DNA of 12,073 bases from assembly GCA_046757525.1 (NCBI GenBank), contig JBHHYI010000125.1, positions 1 to 12,073 of the forward strand, written 5' to 3'. This document shows positions 7,407-12,073 of this stretch, in pieces (the stretch's first letter is position 1; the number at the start of each line of letters is the position of its first letter). The stretch is from a bacterium. GTDB lineage: Bacteria; Zhuqueibacterota; Zhuqueibacteria; Oceanimicrobiales; Oceanimicrobiaceae. Below the pieces are notes generated by a model. It was not told where the DNA came from, did no database searches, and saw only the letters and a program-made list of their open reading frames with translations. Position numbers and translations under genes: made by a program.

Positions 7407-8765
7407 ATGACACCACCTTCCATTCTAATCGTTGACGATGAGAAAAACATTCGGCGCTCCGTGGCCATGATTTGCACCGGGGAAGGCTACCGCGCCCGGG
7501 TCGCGGCCGATGCCGACGAGGCTTTGAAGGCGCTCGACGCCGGTGCCGTGGATCTGGTGCTGTTAGACATCCTGATGCCTGGCACCGATGGCCTCACCCT
7601 GCTCAAGAAGATTCACAAGCTTTTTCCCGAAGTCGTGGTCATCATGATCTCGGGAAATGCCACCCTGCAGAATGCCGTCACCGCCACCAAGGAAGGGGCC
7701 TACGATTTCATCGAGAAACCCATCTCCAAAGAAAAACTGCTCATTTCGATCAAGAATGCGCTGAGGAATCGCAAGCTGCAAGAAGAAAACCTGGTGTTGC
7801 GCAAGCAGGTTTCCGGCCAACACGAGATGATTGGCAACAGCGCAGCCATGCAAGAGATTCTCCAGCAAATCTCGCGAGTCGCTCCGACCCAGGGGCGGGT
7901 TCTGATTTTAGGGGAAAGCGGTACAGGAAAGGAGCTCATCGCCCGCGCCATTCACGACAACAGTCCGCGCAAGAACGGCCCGTTCATCAAAGTCAACTGT
8001 GCGGCCATTCCCGAGGAGCTCATCGAGAGCGAGCTCTTTGGCAGCGAAAAGGGGGCTTACACGGGGGCCACTGAAACACGCGAGGGCAAATTCAGCTTAG
8101 CCGACGGCGGCACCCTCTTCCTCGACGAGGTGGGCGACATGAGCCTCAAAGTGCAGTCGAAAGTCTTGCGCGTTTTGCAGGAAGGAGAGTTTGAAAAAGT
8201 GGGCGGGCACAAAACCCAGAAAGTGGACGTGCGCGTGTTGGCTGCCACGAACAAAAATCTCGAAGCCGAGGTCAAGGTGGGACGTTTTCGTGAAGACCTG
8301 TATTTCCGCTTAAACGTCGTGCCCATCGTTTCTCCGCGGCTGAAGCAACGCAAAGAAGATATCCCCCTTCTGGTCGAATACTTTATCGACAGTTTTTGCC
8401 GCGACAACGGTTTTCGCAAAAAGCAGCTCACCGCCGAAGCGCTGCAAGTTCTGAGCGCTTACGATTGGCCCGGCAACATCCGCGAGCTGAAAAACGTCAT
8501 CGAACGCATGATGATCATGTGCAGCGCCGATACCATCGACGTCGGTGACCTGCCCACCAACGTGCAAACCCCGTCGTTCCGGCTGCCGCTGAACATGACT
8601 TCCGGCCTCACCCTGAAAGAATTGCGAGAAAACGTGGAGCGAAAGTACATCCTCGCCACGCTAAAAAAGAACAAATGGAACGTCAGCCAGACGGCGAAAG
8701 AACTGGATGTGGACCGCACCAATTTGCACAAGAAAATCCGCTACTACGGGCTGTCGCCCGATTAA
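7407..8765 (+). CDS. Sigma-54-dependent response regulator (REC-AAA+-Fis HTH; NtrC/NtrX-like), 452 aa
   Basis: REC motifs VDDE, LLDILMP and EKP. Walker A GESGTGKE, ESELFG-x3-GAYTGA, Walker B LFLDEV, RFREDLYFRLNV, WPGNIREL and HTH NVSQTAKELDVDRTNLHKKI. Confidence 0.96.
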   Translation: MTPPSILIVDDEKNIRRSVAMICTGEGYRARVAADADEALKALDAGAVDLVLLDILMPGTDGLTLLKKIHKLFPEVVVIMISGNATLQNAVTATKEGAYDFIEKPISKEKLLISIKNALRNRKLQEENLVLRKQVSGQHEMIGNSAAMQEILQQISRVAPTQGRVLILGESGTGKELIARAIHDNSPRKNGPFIKVNCAAIPEELIESELFGSEKGAYTGATETREGKFSLADGGTLFLDEVGDMSLKVQSKVLRVLQEGEFEKVGGHKTQKVDVRVLAATNKNLEAEVKVGRFREDLYFRLNVVPIVSPRLKQRKEDIPLLVEYFIDSFCRDNGFRKKQLTAEALQVLSAYDWPGNIRELKNVIERMMIMCSADTIDVGDLPTNVQTPSFRLPLNMTSGLTLKELRENVERKYILATLKKNKWNVSQTAKELDVDRTNLHKKIRYYGLSPD

Positions 8766-8883
8766 TCGCAGAATCGCCCGGCCCGGCAAACGCGCTGGCT
8801 CGCCCAAAGTCACCACATCTGCCCACTCTGCGCCGGCTGCCTATTACATAACAAACACTTAATTAAGTTTGACTCATTTCTGC

Positions 8884-8918
8884 TTGCATAATGAGCCGAT
8901 TTTTCTTACTTTTATAAT
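8884..8918 (+). promoter_or_regulatory. Candidate sigma-70 promoter for the beta-barrel gene
   Basis: TTGCAT (8884-8889)-N17-TACTTT (8907-8912), immediately followed by a perfect TATAAT (8913-8918). Confidence 0.5.
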
Positions 8919-8953
8919 GACCGTGAAGCGTTGACTTGTACGGCAATGCACCG

Positions 8954-8973
8954 GTTGAAAATGAGATTTCAAC
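8954..8973. promoter_or_regulatory. Palindromic operator or 5'-UTR hairpin
   Basis: GTTGAAA-ATGAGA-TTTCAAC is a perfect 7-bp inverted repeat between the candidate promoter and the RBS, followed by GGCTTTTGGTTTT. Confidence 0.45.
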
Positions 8974-9003
8974 GGCTTTTGGTTTTAAGGAAAGGATTTA
9001 AAC

Positions 9004-9648
9004 ATGAATCGTATTTTACTGTCCATGACCCTGGCATCCGCGTTGGTGCTTCCACCTGCTCTTTGTCAAGCCCAATGGTCCGTGGGGCCGCACATTGTGA
9101 TTTCTGCTCCCACCTCTGATTTCGCCAATGTCTCGGAGGTTGGAGGAGGTCTGGGGCTCAAGGGGATCTACCAGGTTTCCAAATTTGCCCACCTTTCTCT
9201 GCGAAGTGATTTTTCTTTCATTTCCTACGGCGGCACCAAATTCAAATCGGTCACCGTGAATGGTGGCGGCCCTTTTCCCGCACAAAGTCGAAACGAGTCT
9301 TTCCGGCTCATATTTGGTCCTCAGGTTTCCTTCGGAAAGCGGCCGATAAAGTTTCAATTGTTCAGCATGGGCGGCTTCTATTTTTTCAGAGAGAACTTGA
9401 CCATTACGGACGGCTTTTTTGTGGTTCAGGACAGCCGGGAAAACAGCTCAGAATTAGGCTGGAACTTTGGCGGCGGCATTCAATACGACATTGGTCTCGG
9501 CCCCTGGTTGGACATTTCCGTGGAATACAATACCATCAAGAACATCTCCGGCCCGCCGGTAGCAGGCGACGAGCAGGCCCCAAGACCCGATATCGATGCC
9601 AACGAAATCACGATTAAAATGGGGGTGATCTTCTTTCTCGGCAAGTGA
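9004..9648 (+). CDS. Small outer-membrane beta-barrel protein (OmpA-like transmembrane domain type), 214 aa
   Basis: RBS AAGGAAAGGA, a signal peptide ending CQA/Q, and amphipathic Gly/aromatic strands (GGGLGLKGIY, LGWNFGGGIQY, LDISVEY, terminal IKMGVIFF). Confidence 0.85.
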   Translation: MNRILLSMTLASALVLPPALCQAQWSVGPHIVISAPTSDFANVSEVGGGLGLKGIYQVSKFAHLSLRSDFSFISYGGTKFKSVTVNGGGPFPAQSRNESFRLIFGPQVSFGKRPIKFQLFSMGGFYFFRENLTITDGFFVVQDSRENSSELGWNFGGGIQYDIGLGPWLDISVEYNTIKNISGPPVAGDEQAPRPDIDANEITIKMGVIFFLGK

Positions 9649-9699
9649 GTTTTCTTGCTCTGAGATTAGAGATTAGGGGAAGCACTTAAGAAACCTTCC

Positions 9700-10191
9700 A
9701 TGCTAAAGCGGCATCAACTTTGTCCAGGTTTTAGTCTGACTGATCTGTCCGGACAACAGGTGGATCTGTGGAATTTCAGGCAAAAGAAAAACGTGGTGCT
9801 GCTGTTTGTCCAGAATGGTCCTGAGTCGTTTTTGCGTTCTGTAATTCCTTCCATCGTCAATAATTATTTGGCATTACAACGGTTAGACACCGAATTCCTC
9901 TTGATTCTCAGCGGCCACCTCGACGCCTGCAGCGCCCGAATTGAAAAAATGCACCTCCCTTTTCCCGTCCTGTTAGATATCGAATTTCGAGCATGGCCTG
10001 CCTATTTGGAATCAGAGGCGCCACGAGAATCCGGTTTCGGATTGTTTGTCCTGGACAGATACGGCGAGTTGTGGGCGCAATGGCATGGCAGCTCTCGCGC
10101 GGATTTCCCCGCTTTGGCAGAACTCTTGGAGTGGCTGCAATGGATTGAAGAGCAATGCCCCGAATGAGGGGTTTGCGATTGGCCCGTGTAG
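9700..10191 (+). CDS. AhpC/TSA (redoxin, thioredoxin-fold) protein, probable selenoprotein of 163 aa with Sec encoded by TGA 10165-10167
   Basis: Redoxin motifs PGFSLTDLSGQQVDLWNFRQKKNVVLLF, LPFPVLLD and LFVLDRYGEL. Read-through of TGA gives ...QCPE-U-GVCDWPV-TAG(10189-10191), a CxxU motif, and a SECIS-like hairpin follows. Without read-through the CDS is 9700-10167. Confidence 0.82.
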
Positions 10192-10201
10192 CGGGACTCG
10201 C
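10168..10201 (+). promoter_or_regulatory. Bacterial SECIS-like stem-loop
   Basis: GCGA(10175-78)-TTGG-CCCG(10183-86)-TGTAG-CGGG(10192-95)-AC-TCGC(10198-201). The small apical loop has G in position 2 and begins 19 nt after the UGA, and the stem has unpaired U residues on its 5' side. Confidence 0.72.
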
Positions 10202-10300
10202 CGTGGCAGCTTTAGACTTTCTTGTCTTGAATTGATTCGAATAAATTCAAAATCTACGGGTAACATTTGTATCGGTCAATCACTAATTTAGCGAGCACAA

Positions 10301-10978
10301 ATGGTGAGCCATAATATTGCCGCGTTCCTTTCTAAACTGGCCTTCTTGAGCTCCTGGTGTCTGCTGGTTCTGAGCAACTTGAGTGGAACAGAGCAATCGC
10401 GCGCGGACGCTGAGCTGGCCGACAGCGACCGCGAGCACGAAGTCATTCTGCAATGTCAAAAGGGCGACAAACAGGCTTATGGATTCCTGGTGAGGAAATA
10501 CATGAAACGGGCCTATTTTACGGCGCTGGGATTCATTGGATCGCGCGAGGATGCCCTGGATTTGTCGCAGGAAGCCTTTGTCAGAGCGTTTCGAGCCTTC
10601 AACCGCTTTGACCCCAGACGGAGGTTTTTCACCTGGTACTATCAGATACTGAAGAACCTATGCTCAAATTTCCTGCGCGACCGGGCCAAGCATGCGCGGC
10701 CCTTTGCAGAGATCGGCGACTCACGGCTGGAAAGCATCCCTGATCAATCCGAAGATGCCTCGAAACTGGTAGAACAGGAGGAGGTCAAAGAGGCGGTGTG
10801 GAAGGCCATCAATTCGCTCAAGGAAAAAGAGCGCGAAATCATCGTGCTGAAGGATTTTCAAGAATTGTCGTACAAAGAGATTGCTGATTTGTTGGGTTGC
10901 CCCATGGGCACGGTCATGTCCCGACTCTACACTGCCAGGCAGGCCCTGAAGACGAAACTGGAGGTGTATTTTTCATGA
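10301..10978 (+). CDS. ECF RNA polymerase sigma-70 factor
   Basis: Region 2 (GDKQAYGFLV, DALDLSQEAFVRAF, FFTWYYQILKNLCSNFLR) and region 4 (REIIVLKDFQELSYKEIADLLGCPMGTVMSRLYTARQALK). The start is uncertain; there is an in-frame TTG at 10379. Confidence 0.95.
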   Translation: MVSHNIAAFLSKLAFLSSWCLLVLSNLSGTEQSRADAELADSDREHEVILQCQKGDKQAYGFLVRKYMKRAYFTALGFIGSREDALDLSQEAFVRAFRAFNRFDPRRRFFTWYYQILKNLCSNFLRDRAKHARPFAEIGDSRLESIPDQSEDASKLVEQEEVKEAVWKAINSLKEKEREIIVLKDFQELSYKEIADLLGCPMGTVMSRLYTARQALKTKLEVYFS

Positions 10979-11442
10979 GCAGGCAATTGCCAGATTCGGA
11001 ACAGGAACGCTTCCGGCACCTCCTGATGAAAGCCGTCGATGGCGAACTGGCTGATGAGGATCGGGCGGAGTTCGACCGTTTCATTCACACTTATCCAAAC
11101 CTGAAAAAGGAATGGCAACAATTTAAGAAGCTGAAGGAGGTGACGCAAACGATGAAATTCAAATCTCCACCTGGTGAAGTTTGGGAGACCTACTGGGTCA
11201 ATGTTTACAATCGCATTGAGCGCGGATTTGCCTGGATAATCCTGTCCCTGGGATGCGTCATACTTTTGACCTATGGTGGCTTCAAGGCGGTTGAGTCTAT
11301 CATAGCGGATCCCACGCTGGCAAGCATTGTCAAAGTCGGCATCCTGCTGGCCATAGGGGGAATGGTCATTCTGTTGGTTTCAGTGGTGCGAGAAAAACTG
11401 TTCATTAGAAAAGCAGACCCTTATAAGGAGGTGCAAAGATGA
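10975..11442 (+). CDS. Membrane-anchored anti-sigma factor (degenerate zf-HC2/ZAS-like N-terminus, two TM helices), 155 aa
   Basis: ATGA overlap with the sigma stop and RBS GGAGGT at 10960-10965. LLMKAVDGELADEDRAEFDRFI resembles an anti-sigma domain, and there are two hydrophobic helices. Confidence 0.85.
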   Translation: MSRQLPDSEQERFRHLLMKAVDGELADEDRAEFDRFIHTYPNLKKEWQQFKKLKEVTQTMKFKSPPGEVWETYWVNVYNRIERGFAWIILSLGCVILLTYGGFKAVESIIADPTLASIVKVGILLAIGGMVILLVSVVREKLFIRKADPYKEVQR

Positions 11443-11753
11443 TCCTGGTAACTTCCGATTCAATCGCAGGCAAGAGAATTGTCAAGACCGTTGGGCTGGT
11501 CAAAGGGAATACCATTCGTGCCCGAAATATTGGCAAGGACATCTTAGCGGGGCTGAAAAACATGGTCGGCGGTGAGATTGAAGAATACACCAAACTCATG
11601 GCCGAGGCCAGAGAACAGGCTATTGACCGCATGAAAGCCATGGCAGAGGAATTAGGCGCCAACGCGGTGGTAGAAATCCGATTCTCTACCAGCTACATCA
11701 TGGGCATGGCCTCGGAGATCCTGGCCTATGGCACGGCTGTGGTGGTTGAATGA
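11439..11753 (+). CDS. ybjQ: YbjQ/UPF0145 family protein, 104 aa
   Basis: Family motifs GLVKGNTIRARNIGKDILAGLKNMVGGEIEEYTKLMAEAREQAIDRM, LGANAVV and EILAYGTAV. ATGA overlap and RBS AAGGAGG. Confidence 0.95.
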   Translation: MILVTSDSIAGKRIVKTVGLVKGNTIRARNIGKDILAGLKNMVGGEIEEYTKLMAEAREQAIDRMKAMAEELGANAVVEIRFSTSYIMGMASEILAYGTAVVVE

Positions 11754-11761
11754 GGATTCAT

Positions 11762-11924
11762 ATCAATTCCTAACCCGGAGAAGCCGGAACCAAAGAATTC
11801 TTAGACCGGATAAACAGGATTTTCAGGATTAGTTTTTTAAGCGGTTGAATTCAGAATATCTTGTAAATCCTGTCAAGAAATATTTTGCCAAAAATTGACG
11901 GAAGTTGACTTGTCAGGTACTGAT
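11762..11924. repeat. Composite non-coding repeat: imperfect outer inverted repeat enclosing a 9-nt-periodic inverted-repeat element (11798-11879)
   Basis: Inner arms TTCTTAGACCGGATAAACAGGATTTTCAGGAT (11798-11829) / ATCTTGTAAATCCTGTCAAGAA (11858-11879). Outer arms ATCAATTCCTAAC (11762-11774) / GTCAGGTACTGAT (11912-11924), 10/13 match. Confidence 0.6.
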
Positions 11925-12073
11925 TGTCATTGCAAACCTTGACAGGGTTTCATTGACAATTACAGCCGTGGTTTGCCGTCAAAAAACGAGTCAGGGTTGA
12001 GATGAGATTATTTTGTCGTCTATCATTTTGTCTGAACATTGCTGCAATCACGATTCTTGAAAAGCTAAATGGA

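Noticed and set aside
7472..8074. 200-aa Arg-rich alternative-frame ORF (and other short overlapping ORFs in the track)
   Set aside because: Off-frame within conserved genes; the composition is that expected from GC-rich codon usage.
9662..9676. GAGATTA x2 heptamer tandem upstream of the redoxin
   Set aside because: Only two copies and no inverted partner; could be chance.
10897..10974. MPHGHGHV... His-rich N-terminus of the anti-sigma ORF
   Set aside because: It overlaps sigma region 4 in another frame. ATG 10975 has a strong RBS and an ATGA overlap.
1372..11753. Sec read-through at the other TGA stops (1374, 5144, 5815, 7390, 9648, 10978, 11442, 11753)
   Set aside because: Those proteins end at their expected family C-termini or overlap the next start codon. 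None has a Cys-motif context, and I noticed no SECIS-like hairpin after them.

Overview
Bacterial window from a diderm organism, with every credible gene on the + strand. The CSSDSPVAP-type lipoprotein and the repeat types suggest an FCB-group/KSB1-like lineage (inference only). Gene order: receiver-PP2C phosphatase; a 487-aa beta-rich lipoprotein behind a candidate sigma-54 promoter; an intergenic nest of inverted-repeat elements that includes a MITE with a 15-bp target duplication; an apparent operon of single-POTRA Omp85, DUF4390-like protein, NtrY-like kinase and sigma-54 activator; a small outer-membrane beta-barrel; an AhpC/TSA-fold redoxin; and an ECF sigma / Cys-less anti-sigma / YbjQ cluster, followed by more palindromic repeats. 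The most notable observation is that the redoxin's TGA at 10165-10167 looks like a selenocysteine codon. It completes a C-terminal CPEUGVC motif and is followed by a SECIS-like hairpin, while the usual N-terminal catalytic Cys is missing. No tRNA, rRNA, CRISPR array or transposase was recognised. All calls are by eye; no searches were run.
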